NCBI GenBank assembly: GCA_965116475.1
Contig: OZ220691.1
Location: 2,272,001-2,336,000 of the forward strand
Reading direction: 5' to 3'
Source of the DNA: Gemmatimonadota bacterium
GTDB taxonomy: Bacteria > Gemmatimonadota > Gemmatimonadetes > Palauibacterales > Palauibacteraceae
DNA: 64,000 bases
Part shown: positions 1-8,466 of the stretch, piece by piece
How the letters are laid out: every line of letters starts with the position of its first letter
How positions within the stretch are numbered: the stretch's first letter is position 1
Program-made: the position numbers and the translations under genes
Notes under the pieces: generated by a model
The model's input: the letters and a program-made list of their open reading frames with translations, nothing else
Databases searched by the model: none
Told to the model about the DNA's origin: nothing

Positions 1-3000
1 GTGGGGCCCTTCCGTGGTGGGCGGGCCGTGGCCGCGGCGGGGGTCCCCGGCGACCGTCTCACGTATTACATGGGGACGGCGGGCGGCGGCGTGTGGAAGA
101 CCTCCGATGCGGGCATCAGCTGGAACCCCGTGACGGACGGGTTCGTCGCCACCTCCTCCGTGGGCGCGGTGGCCGTCTCCGAGTCCGATCCGAACGTCGT
201 GTACATCGGGATGGGCGAGCACTCGATCCGCGGCGTCACGACTTCGCACGGGGACGGCGTCTACCGCTCGACGGACGCGGGCCGCACGTGGACGCACTTG
301 GGCCTCGCCCCAACCCGCGTCATCTCCCGCATCCGCGTGCATCCCGAGGATCCGGATCTCGTCTACATCGCCGCCCAGGGGTCGCCCTTCGCGCCGTCGC
401 CCGAGCGGGGAATCTACCGCTCGGCGGATGGGGGAGAGAACTGGGAACTCATCCTGCACGTGGACGAGAACACCGGAGCCTCGGACCTCGCGATGGACCG
501 CACGAATCCGCGCATCCTCTACGCCTCCATGTGGGACCACGACCGCGAGCCGTGGTACATCCGGAGCGGCGGGCCCGGCTCGGGGTTCTGGAAGTCGACC
601 GACGGCGGGGACACCTGGGAGGAGATCAACGAGGGCCTGCCGGCTCTCATGGGGAAGACGGCGATCGACGTCTCGCCCGCCGACCCGGACCGCGTGTGGG
701 CGCTGATCGAGGCGGACGAGGACGTGGACGGCGTCTACCGCTCGGACGACGGGGGGAACAGCTGGTCCCTCACGAGTTCGGAGCGCCAACTGCGGGGGCG
801 GGCGTGGTACTACATCGAGCTGTATGCCGACCCACTGGACCGCGAGACCGTCTACGTGATGAACTCACCCTTCCTCAAGTCGATCGACGGCGGCCGCACG
901 TGGGAGACGATCCAGACGCCGCACGTCGACCACCACGACCTGTGGATCAACCCGTTCGACAGCGACGTCATGCTCTCCGCCAACGACGGGGGAGGGACGG
1001 TCACCTTCAACGGCGGCGAGACCTGGTCCACGCAGGAGAACCAGCCCACGGCGCAGATCTACCGGCTGGCAGTGGACAACCAGTTCCCGTACCGCATGTA
1101 CGGGGGCCAGCAGGACAACACGAGCGTGGGCATGCTGGGGTGGGCGACGCACTCCGGCGGCCTCGGCTGGAAGGACTGGATCGACGCGGGGGGCGGGGAG
1201 TCGGCCTGGGTCGCGTTCGACCCCGACAACCCGCGCTATCTGTACGCGACCTCGATCCAGGGGATCATCACGGAGCTGGACACGGAACTCGGCTCCGCGC
1301 GCAGCGTGCAGGCGTACCCGCAATTCCAGCTCGGGATGGACGCCGAGGACATGCGCTACCGCTGGAACTGGAACGGGCCGGTCGTCGTGTCGCCGCACGA
1401 TCCGGGGGTCATCTATCACGGGGCGCAGCACCTGCTGCGGTCGAGCGACCGCGGGGTGACGTGGGAGGAGATCTCGCCCGACCTCACCCGGAACGAGCCG
1501 GAGAAGCACGTGGCGGCGGGCGGGCCGTTCACCAACGAGGCGGCGGGCGGCGAGGTCTACAACACGATCATGGCGATGGCGGAGTCGCCGCTGGAGGCGG
1601 GCACGATCTGGGTGGGAGCGGACGACGGCCTCGTCCACCTGACGCGCGACAACGGGGAGACGTGGATGGACGTCACGCCGGATGGGATGCCCGAGGGGAT
1701 GGTGAATTCTCTCGACCCGTCGCCGCACGAGCCGGGCGGCGCCTACATCACGCTCGCCCGCTACAAGTTCGACGACTTCGCGCCGTACATCTACAAGACC
1801 GTGGATTACGGCGAGAGCTGGGAGCGCATCGACGCCGGGATCGGGGCGGACAAGCCCGACGCGTGGGCCCGCGTCGTGCGCGAGGATCCCGGGCGCCGGG
1901 GGCTGCTGTACGCCGGGACGGAACTCGGCATGTACGTGAGCTTCGACGACGGCGCCTCGTGGCGGAGTCTGGCTCTGAACATGCCCCTCACGCAGATCAC
2001 CGACCTGCAGGTGCAGGCGGGGGATCTCGCCGTGGCGACGCAGGGACGCGGCTTCTGGGTGCTTGACGACCTCTCCCCGCTGCGGCAGCGGGCGGACGCC
2101 GAGACGGCGGACGGACACCACCCGTACACGCCGTCCACGGCGTACCGCGTGAGTGCCGGGCTCGGCGGCCCGGTGGGTCCGACGACATCGGGGCAGAACA
2201 AGACGCCGGGCGTGGCGATCGACTACGTCGTGTCGGGGCCCGAGGAAGCGTCGGACTCGGAGGAGGCCTCCGATGGCATCTCGCTGGTGCTCGAGATCCT
2301 CGACGAGGACGGCGCGGTCATCCGCACGTTCACAACGGATACGGCGATGACGGCGTCGGGCGTCCGGCACGCGCGCGCGCCCGCCGCGCCGGGTCACAAC
2401 CGGGTGTTCTGGGACCTGCGCGTGGAGAGCGGGCCGCGGATCGCGGAGTCGTACGCGTTCTTCGGGGACGCGCCGGGGTATCGCGTCATGCCGGGCACGT
2501 ACAGCGCCCGCCTGACGGTGGAAGATGCGCCGGCGCAGACCCGGTCGTTCGAAGTGCGCGGGGATCCGCGGATCGCGGCCTCGGAGACGGACTTCGCCGC
2601 GAACGGGCGCTTCCTGGAGGCCGTGTTCGGGACGATCGTGGACCTGCACACCGGACTCAACGACATCCGGGACGTGCGCGCGCAGGTGAACGCGGTCGTG
2701 GGGCAGGCGTCGGAAGCCGGCCTCTCGAGGGTCGAGGCGCTCGAGGCGGCGGGCGCCGCGCTCGCGGATTCGATCACCGTGCTCGAGGACCGCCTGTTCC
2801 AGAAGCGGCGGGCGGCGCAGCAGGACATGGTCGCCTACGAGGGGCTGCTGAACATGCAGTTGACGGCGCTCATGGGCGAGGTGGATGGCTCCGATCTGCC
2901 CCCCCGCGCCGGCGTGCTGGAACGCTGGGACGACCTCGAGACCGAGTGGGTGGTGGAGGAGGCCGCGCTGTCGCGGGTGCTCGGCGAGATGCTCGACGCG

Positions 3001-3072
3001 TTCAACCAACTCGCGCGGGATGCGGGCGTCCCGGCGGTCATCGCCCGGAGCCGGCCGCGCGCGGTCTCCTAG
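1..3072 (+). CDS. VPS10/sortilin-like BNR-repeat glycosyl hydrolase-like protein (5'-truncated by window edge)
   Basis: Many Asp-box repeats (SxDxGxTW); GPFRGGR start motif; C-terminal helical tail. The signal peptide presumably lies upstream of the window. Confidence 0.85.
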   Translation: MGPFRGGRAVAAAGVPGDRLTYYMGTAGGGVWKTSDAGISWNPVTDGFVATSSVGAVAVSESDPNVVYIGMGEHSIRGVTTSHGDGVYRSTDAGRTWTHLGLAPTRVISRIRVHPEDPDLVYIAAQGSPFAPSPERGIYRSADGGENWELILHVDENTGASDLAMDRTNPRILYASMWDHDREPWYIRSGGPGSGFWKSTDGGDTWEEINEGLPALMGKTAIDVSPADPDRVWALIEADEDVDGVYRSDDGGNSWSLTSSERQLRGRAWYYIELYADPLDRETVYVMNSPFLKSIDGGRTWETIQTPHVDHHDLWINPFDSDVMLSANDGGGTVTFNGGETWSTQENQPTAQIYRLAVDNQFPYRMYGGQQDNTSVGMLGWATHSGGLGWKDWIDAGGGESAWVAFDPDNPRYLYATSIQGIITELDTELGSARSVQAYPQFQLGMDAEDMRYRWNWNGPVVVSPHDPGVIYHGAQHLLRSSDRGVTWEEISPDLTRNEPEKHVAAGGPFTNEAAGGEVYNTIMAMAESPLEAGTIWVGADDGLVHLTRDNGETWMDVTPDGMPEGMVNSLDPSPHEPGGAYITLARYKFDDFAPYIYKTVDYGESWERIDAGIGADKPDAWARVVREDPGRRGLLYAGTELGMYVSFDDGASWRSLALNMPLTQITDLQVQAGDLAVATQGRGFWVLDDLSPLRQRADAETADGHHPYTPSTAYRVSAGLGGPVGPTTSGQNKTPGVAIDYVVSGPEEASDSEEASDGISLVLEILDEDGAVIRTFTTDTAMTASGVRHARAPAAPGHNRVFWDLRVESGPRIAESYAFFGDAPGYRVMPGTYSARLTVEDAPAQTRSFEVRGDPRIAASETDFAANGRFLEAVFGTIVDLHTGLNDIRDVRAQVNAVVGQASEAGLSRVEALEAAGAALADSITVLEDRLFQKRRAAQQDMVAYEGLLNMQLTALMGEVDGSDLPPRAGVLERWDDLETEWVVEEAALSRVLGEMLDAFNQLARDAGVPAVIARSRPRAVS

Positions 3073-3075
3073 CGC

Positions 3076-4242
3076 ATGACGGGTCGGCTGGCCATCGACG
3101 GCGGCACCCCGGTCCGCACGGCGCCGTGGCCCCCGTGGCCGCGCTCCGGGGCGGCGGAGCGGCGTGCCCTGACCGAGGTGCTCGAGTCCGGCCGCTGGGG
3201 GCTGGGCGGCGGGGCCGTCCCGGAGCTCGAGGCCCGCTTCGCCGCGCTGCACGGCGCCCGTTACGCCGTCGCCTGCTGCAACGGCACGATGGCGCTTCAG
3301 GCCGCCCTCGTCGCCGCCGGCGTGCAGCCCGGCGACGAAGTCGTCACGAGTCCGTACAGCTTCGCGGCGACCGCCCACGCCGTCCGGTCGCTGGGCGCCA
3401 TTCCCACATTCGTCGACGTCGAGCCAGGGACGCACAACCTGGACCCTGAGCGGATCGGGGACGCGATCACGGAGCGCACGACGGCGATCCTGCCCGTTCA
3501 TATCGGCGGCCGCCCGGCCGACATGGACCGCGTGAACGACATCGCCGCCCGCCACGGCCTCCGGGTCGTCGAGGACGCCGCGCAGGCGTGGCTCGCAAGC
3601 TGGCGCGGCCGCGCCGTGGGAACGTTGGGCGACGTGGCCGCCTTCAGCTTCCAGTCGAGCAAGAACCTCACCGCCGGCGAGGGCGGGATGCTCGTCACCG
3701 ACGACGAACCCGTCTACCGCGGCGCGTGGTCGTGGCACGACTGCGGCCGCGATCCGGGGGGAAGTCGGCACGCGCACGCCGATGTCGGACTCAACCTCCG
3801 CATGACCGAGTTCCAGGCGGCGCTGCTCCTCGCCGGGCTCGAACGCCTCCCCGCCGAGCAGGCCATCCGTCGGCAGGCCATGGACGCGCTCTCGAAGGGC
3901 CTCGCCGAAATCGACGGTCTGCGCGCACCGGACCCGGACCCGCGCATCACCGCGCACGGGTGCCACATCTTCATGGTGCGGCTTGACGAATCCGGGCTGG
4001 GGGCGAACCCGTGCGACGAGCGTCTCGACAAACACCGCACGATCGAAGCGCTCCGCGCGGAGGGAATCCCCGCGCATCCGGGCTACACTACGCCCCTCGA
4101 AGGCGGGCTTCCGGTATGCGAACGGCTCTGCCGCACGACGATCTGGATCAAGCATCAGGTCCTGCTGGCGGGGGCCGCCCAGATGCAGGATGTCGTGGAG
4201 GCGTTCGCGAAGGTCGTGATGCGACACCGAGGGGGACGATGA
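3076..4242 (+). CDS. DegT/DnrJ/EryC1/StrS family PLP-dependent aminotransferase
   Basis: NGTMAL, VVEDAAQA and SFQSSKNLTAGEGG (PLP lysine) motifs. Confidence 0.9.
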   Translation: MTGRLAIDGGTPVRTAPWPPWPRSGAAERRALTEVLESGRWGLGGGAVPELEARFAALHGARYAVACCNGTMALQAALVAAGVQPGDEVVTSPYSFAATAHAVRSLGAIPTFVDVEPGTHNLDPERIGDAITERTTAILPVHIGGRPADMDRVNDIAARHGLRVVEDAAQAWLASWRGRAVGTLGDVAAFSFQSSKNLTAGEGGMLVTDDEPVYRGAWSWHDCGRDPGGSRHAHADVGLNLRMTEFQAALLLAGLERLPAEQAIRRQAMDALSKGLAEIDGLRAPDPDPRITAHGCHIFMVRLDESGLGANPCDERLDKHRTIEALRAEGIPAHPGYTTPLEGGLPVCERLCRTTIWIKHQVLLAGAAQMQDVVEAFAKVVMRHRGGR

Positions 4243-5285
4243 AGAGCTACCAGTTCCGCGAGTACGGCGGGCCGCTCGAGCCGGCGGAACGCCCGACCCC
4301 CGAACCCACGGGCACCGAGGTGCTCGTCCGGGTCCACGCCTGCGGCCTCTGCCACAGCGACGTGCACCTGTGGCAGGGCTATTTCGAGATGGGCGGCGGC
4401 CGAAAGCTGGACGTCCGGGCCGTGCGCGAACTCCCCTTCACCCTGGGCCACGAGATCGTCGGGGAAGTCGCGGCGGCCGGGCCCGATGCGGCCGGCGTCT
4501 CCACCGGCGACCGCCGCGTCGTCTTCCCCTGGATCGGGTGCGGCGTCTGCGACTTCTGCGACGCCGACCGCGAACATCTCTGCCACCGTCCCCACGCCCT
4601 CGGCACCCACCTCGACGGCGGCTTCGCGGACTACGTCGTCGTCCCGCACCCGCGCTATCTGTTCGACTTCGGAAACATCGCGCCCGAACTGGCCGGTACG
4701 TACGCGTGCTCCGGCCTCACCGCCTACAGCGCCCTCCGCAAGGTGGAACGCCGGCTCGAGGACCAGCTCGTCATCATCGGGGCCGGCGGCGTCGGCTTCG
4801 CCGGCATCCAGCTCGCGAAGGCCCTCTTCAAAGCCGAACTCATCGTGGTCGAGGTCGACGACGCGAAGCTCGAAGCGGCGCGGCGGGCTGGGGTCGCGCA
4901 CGTCGTGGACGCCCGCGAGGATGACGCATCTCGGCAGTTGAAGCAGCTCACCAACGGCGGCTGCGCCGCGGTCGTCGACTTCGCCGGCTCGTCGGCGTCT
5001 GCCGCCCTTGGCTTCCGTGCGGCCGCCAAGAGCGGAAGCCTCGTGGTGGTCGGTCTGCTCGGAGGCTCGCTCTCCGTCCCTCTCCCCCTGCTCGTCCTCA
5101 AGGATCTCGCCATCGAGGGGTCCGATCTGGGGAGCCTCGCCGAGATGGCGGAGTTGATGGAACTCGTGCGCGCCGGGCGCGTCGACCCGATCCCCTACGC
5201 GACGCGGCCCATGGATGAAGCGGAAGCGAGCCTGCGCGACCTGGAGGCGGGCCGCATCGTGGGAAGAGTCGTCCTTACCGCCTAA
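4239..5285 (+). CDS. Zinc-dependent alcohol dehydrogenase (MDR family)
   Basis: CGLCHSD, GHE, CGVCDFC...C structural Zn site, GAGGVG. ATG at 4239 overlaps the upstream stop (ATGA). Confidence 0.9.
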   Translation: MKSYQFREYGGPLEPAERPTPEPTGTEVLVRVHACGLCHSDVHLWQGYFEMGGGRKLDVRAVRELPFTLGHEIVGEVAAAGPDAAGVSTGDRRVVFPWIGCGVCDFCDADREHLCHRPHALGTHLDGGFADYVVVPHPRYLFDFGNIAPELAGTYACSGLTAYSALRKVERRLEDQLVIIGAGGVGFAGIQLAKALFKAELIVVEVDDAKLEAARRAGVAHVVDAREDDASRQLKQLTNGGCAAVVDFAGSSASAALGFRAAAKSGSLVVVGLLGGSLSVPLPLLVLKDLAIEGSDLGSLAEMAELMELVRAGRVDPIPYATRPMDEAEASLRDLEAGRIVGRVVLTA

Positions 5286-5312
5286 CGTACTGCCTGAAGA
5301 TCCGCCCGGGGA

Positions 5313-5669
5313 TCAGCAGTCGACGAGTTCGATCCTGTCGGGCTGGTTCGGCACGGCGCACAGGAACTCGAAGGGTTCGTCGCCCACCGCGTCGTAGGAA
5401 TGCGGCGTCCCCGCCGGAATGTAGACGACGTCCCCGGCTTTCACGTCGTGCATTTCGTCCCCGATCGACACCCGGGCCCGTCCCCGGAGCACGTACTGCT
5501 CGTGTTCGACGGCGTTCGTGTGCCGCGGCATCCCGCCGCCGGGCTGCATGACGAAGCGCCGCAGCGCGAAGTTCGGCCCCTGATCCGGCCCGATGAGCAC
5601 CTGCGTTTCCGTTCCCGACCCGGCGGCGACCGGCGTCAGCCCGAACTCCGAGACATGTTTGACACTCAC
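5313..5669 (-). CDS. Cupin domain protein
   Basis: PRHTNAVEHEQYVLRG and GDVVYIPAGTPH cupin motifs. Confidence 0.88.
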   Translation of the reverse strand: MSVKHVSEFGLTPVAAGSGTETQVLIGPDQGPNFALRRFVMQPGGGMPRHTNAVEHEQYVLRGRARVSIGDEMHDVKAGDVVYIPAGTPHSYDAVGDEPFEFLCAVPNQPDRIELVDC

Positions 5670-5795
5670 CGGACCCTCCCGCTGGATGACTCGTCACCCC
5701 CGGTCGCGGTTTGCTGCGCGTGATGGTGGCGGCCTACCGCGCGGGGCGAGAAAACTTGCCCCTCGCGGGGCCCGGTCGCCAGATTCGACGGCCTC

Positions 5796-5868
5796 GCGGG
5801 CGTAGCTCAGTTGGCAGAGCGTCAGCCTTCCAAGCTGAAGGTCGCCGGTTCGACCCCGGTCGCCCGCT
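5796..5868 (+). tRNA. tRNA-Gly (TCC)
   Basis: Cloverleaf: GCGGGCG/CGCCCGC acceptor stem, TCAGC-CTTCCAA-GCTGA anticodon arm, GGTTCGACC T-arm; no encoded CCA. Confidence 0.96.
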
Positions 5869-5908
5869 TTTCTCGGACCTTGCGGAGCGACGCTTTCCCG
5901 CCTTCGTG

Positions 5909-6026
5909 TTCCCGATCGGGAAATTCTGCCCCCACGTCAGTTCTGAATGCCGCTAATATTCCCGATCGGGAAAAATAAGATTGACAAGCGGCATCACGAC
6001 ACCCGATATTCCCGATCGGGAATATC
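5909..6026 (+). promoter_or_regulatory. hipBA promoter with three palindromic operators
   Basis: TTCCCGATCGGGAA at 5909, 5959 and 6009; TTGACA at 5981-5986; -10-like GATATT at 6005-6010. Confidence 0.85.
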
Positions 6027-6284
6027 ATGAGAAAACGAACCGTCACACCTTCCGACATCGGCGACATCGTCCGCGCCGCGCGCAAGGACACGGGTCTGCG
6101 CCAGCATGAGCTCGCGGGCACCGCGGGGGTAGGCCTGCGCTTCATCGTAGACCTTGAAGCGGGAAAACCGACCGCGCACATCGGAAAGGTCCTTCAGGTG
6201 CTGGCGGCGCTCGGCTGTTCCGTCGAGATCGTTCCGCCGCCCGAAGCCGACGCGACTGCACCGGCCGGTGTTCGTGACACATGA
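6027..6284 (+). CDS. hipB: HipB-like XRE-family HTH antitoxin
   Basis: HTH_3 pattern (RKDTGLRQHELAGTAGVGLRFIVDLEAGKPT); overlaps the hipA start. Confidence 0.88.
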   Translation: MRKRTVTPSDIGDIVRAARKDTGLRQHELAGTAGVGLRFIVDLEAGKPTAHIGKVLQVLAALGCSVEIVPPPEADATAPAGVRDT

Positions 6285-7576
6285 ACCGGGTCCTCGACAT
6301 CTGGTGGGATGGACGGCTCGTCGGCCGCCTGACGCGGCCCCGGCCCGCCACCCTCGAGTTCGCGTACGCGGACGACTGGTTGCGGGACGACCGGGCCCCG
6401 GCGCTGTCCACATCGCTGCCCAAGCGAGCGGAGCGATATCCCCGCCGCGAATGCCGCCCCTTCTTCGCCGGCCTCCTGCCGGAGGAAAGCCAGCGGGACC
6501 GAGCGGCAAAGGCCCTCGGCGTCTCCTACCTGAACGACTTCGCCCTTCTTGACGGTCTCGGTCGCGACGTTGCGGGAGCGCTCCAACTCCTGCCGCCCGC
6601 AGAACCGCCGGCGGAGCAAGATTCGGACTATTCGCCTCAACCCCTTGGCGACGCGGCACTGGTCGACGTGCTCGACAAGCTGCCGTGGCGTCCCCTGCTC
6701 GCCGGAGAGGCAGGTTTGCGCCTGTCGCTCGCTGGCGCCCAGTCGAAACTGCCCGTCGTCATGGTCGACGGGCAGATCGCACTGCCGGCGCCGGGGCAAC
6801 CCACGACCCACATTCTGAAGCCGGCGATCCCCGACTTTCCCCACACGACGGAGAACGAAGCCTTCGCGATGCGGCTCGCGCGCGCCGCGGGCCTGGACGT
6901 CGCATCCGTGGAACCTCGACGGGTGGGGGACCGAACGTTCCTCCTGGTCGAGCGGTACGATCGATCGACCGGTCCGGATGGTCGTGCCTGCCGCGTCCAT
7001 CAGGAGGATTTCTGCCAGGCGCTCGGGATACCGCCCGAAGTCAAGTACGCGGGTGAGGGCGGTCCGGGTCTGCCGGATGGTTTCGGGCTCCTGCGGCGGG
7101 TTGCCCTCCGCCCCGCCGTTGACGTTCTCAAGCTCCTCAACGCCACGATCTTCAACCTGATCATCGGCAACGCCGACGCCCACGGAAAGAACTTCTCACT
7201 CCTGTATGACGCCGCCGGACCTCGTCTCGCGCCGCTCTACGACCTCGTGATGACGGCCGCCTACCCGGAGCTGGCACCGGCGCTCGCCATGCCCATCGGG
7301 GGATGCGCCAGCCTCGCCGAAATGGATTCTCACCGCTGGGCGGCCTTTGCCGAAGAAGCGACGTTGGGACTCCCCCTGATCCGGAGGCGCGTCGCCGAAC
7401 TCGGAGAGTCGGTGATCCGGCGCGCACCAGCAGTCGCGGAAGAGCTGGCGCTGCCGGGGCTGGATCAGGATGCGCTGTCGCGATTCCACCGCATGACCAC
7501 GGCCCGCGCCGAGCAATGCATGGCCTCGACCGGAGCCGGCAGCACCCCGGTCAGCGGAAATCCCACGGGTTCGTGA
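6281..7576 (+). CDS. hipA: HipA family serine/threonine kinase toxin
   Basis: Couple_hipA N-terminus (FFAGLLPE), SLAGAQSK P-loop, HILKP, GNADAHGKNFS, LAPLYD. Confidence 0.93.
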   Translation: MNRVLDIWWDGRLVGRLTRPRPATLEFAYADDWLRDDRAPALSTSLPKRAERYPRRECRPFFAGLLPEESQRDRAAKALGVSYLNDFALLDGLGRDVAGALQLLPPAEPPAEQDSDYSPQPLGDAALVDVLDKLPWRPLLAGEAGLRLSLAGAQSKLPVVMVDGQIALPAPGQPTTHILKPAIPDFPHTTENEAFAMRLARAAGLDVASVEPRRVGDRTFLLVERYDRSTGPDGRACRVHQEDFCQALGIPPEVKYAGEGGPGLPDGFGLLRRVALRPAVDVLKLLNATIFNLIIGNADAHGKNFSLLYDAAGPRLAPLYDLVMTAAYPELAPALAMPIGGCASLAEMDSHRWAAFAEEATLGLPLIRRRVAELGESVIRRAPAVAEELALPGLDQDALSRFHRMTTARAEQCMASTGAGSTPVSGNPTGS

Positions 7577-7970
7577 GGACGACTTCGAGTCCGTCGAAAT
7601 CCGCCGTGTTCCTTGTCGCAATCGACAAGTCACGGGCCTTGGCCGTTCCGGCGATCAGCGCATCTCCCAGGTCGAGCGGCCGACCCCGCCCGCGAGCCTC
7701 CGCCCGAAAGCGGGCGGCCCAGACGGCGGCCCTCTCGTCCACGGGCATAACACGGTCCTCGTAGCGCCGGATGAACTCCGACAGCACGCGGCGGAGCGCG
7801 TCCCGCCGGCTTCCGCGAGGCAGGAGGCGCAGGCCGAACTCCAGTTCGTGCAGTACCAGCGCGGCCAGCCAGAGGTCGTCTCGTGCGGCCAGAAACGCGA
7901 CCACGGGTGGGGCGGGAACCTCTTTCGTCAACTCCGAGATCACGTTGGTGTCCAGCAGAACTCCGCTCAC
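7551..7970 (-). CDS. vapC: PIN-domain (VapC-like) ribonuclease toxin
   Basis: LLDTNVISE, DALIAGTA and TRNTADF motifs. Confidence 0.92.
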   Translation of the reverse strand: MSGVLLDTNVISELTKEVPAPPVVAFLAARDDLWLAALVLHELEFGLRLLPRGSRRDALRRVLSEFIRRYEDRVMPVDERAAVWAARFRAEARGRGRPLDLGDALIAGTAKARDLSIATRNTADFDGLEVVLTNPWDFR

Positions 7971-8272
7971 CCGGTGTCGCCCTCCTCGGTGTCGTCCTCG
8001 GCGTCATCAGAAACGAAGGGGACGGGACGCGCGGATCGTCGCTCCCGGGGGATCTCGAGGTCCAGCCCGCGAGGCATGTGGTCGATCAGCCACCGGCCGA
8101 GAGGCTGCCGGATCGGAGCCTTCTCGCGCCACAGGCGTTCGGACACCACGACGAAGGACCTCCGAACGCCGATACGCTGCGGTCCCTGTTCGTCCGCCAG
8201 ACGCAGGATCTCGGACAGGCGCGCCTTCGCCTCGGCGACCCTCCACGTGCGCCCGAACCCTGACGTGTCCAC
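7967..8272 (-). CDS. Phd/YefM-like antitoxin
   Basis: TWRVAEAKARLSEILRLADEQGPQRI motif. GTG at 8272 is preceded by GGAGGGAG; the ORF overlaps the PIN gene start. Confidence 0.82.
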   Translation of the reverse strand: MDTSGFGRTWRVAEAKARLSEILRLADEQGPQRIGVRRSFVVVSERLWREKAPIRQPLGRWLIDHMPRGLDLEIPRERRSARPVPFVSDDAEDDTEEGDTG

Positions 8273-8294
8273 CTGCTCACTCCCTCCATCCCAC

Positions 8295-8338
8295 GACTGA
8301 ATCAGTCTCAAATCGAGAAACTGGACCAATATAGACCA
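8295..8338 (-). promoter_or_regulatory. Putative operator/promoter of the antitoxin-PIN operon
   Basis: Palindrome GACTGA-A-TCAGTC (8295-8307) and a GACCA direct repeat in an AT-richer patch upstream of the antitoxin. Confidence 0.45.
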
Positions 8339-8466
8339 TGTTCGCGTTCGGAATCAACGCTTCGGCGGATCGACGCGCCTGTCGCCGCCTTGCGGGTCGA
8401 TGCCGTGGGTTTGAGCTTCGAGCGCGTGCGTTCGGCATCTCCGTTCCCCAACGATGGATGTGACCG

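Noticed and set aside
865..4227. Very long antisense/alternate-frame ORFs (e.g. 865..4227-, 10028..12697-, 43291..47625+, 51913..55227-)
   Set aside because: Shadow ORFs typical of high-GC DNA. They are Arg/Pro/Gly-rich, have no motifs, and overlap well-supported genes.
5909..6022. Regularly spaced repeats (14 bp plus 36-bp spacers) as a mini-CRISPR array
   Set aside because: The repeats are too short, only three copies exist, no cas genes are present, and they overlap the hipBA promoter. An operator array explains them better.
8330..8466. attR copy of the tRNA-Gly 3' end closing the TA islet
   Set aside because: No recognisable match to the tRNA 3' sequence was found by eye.
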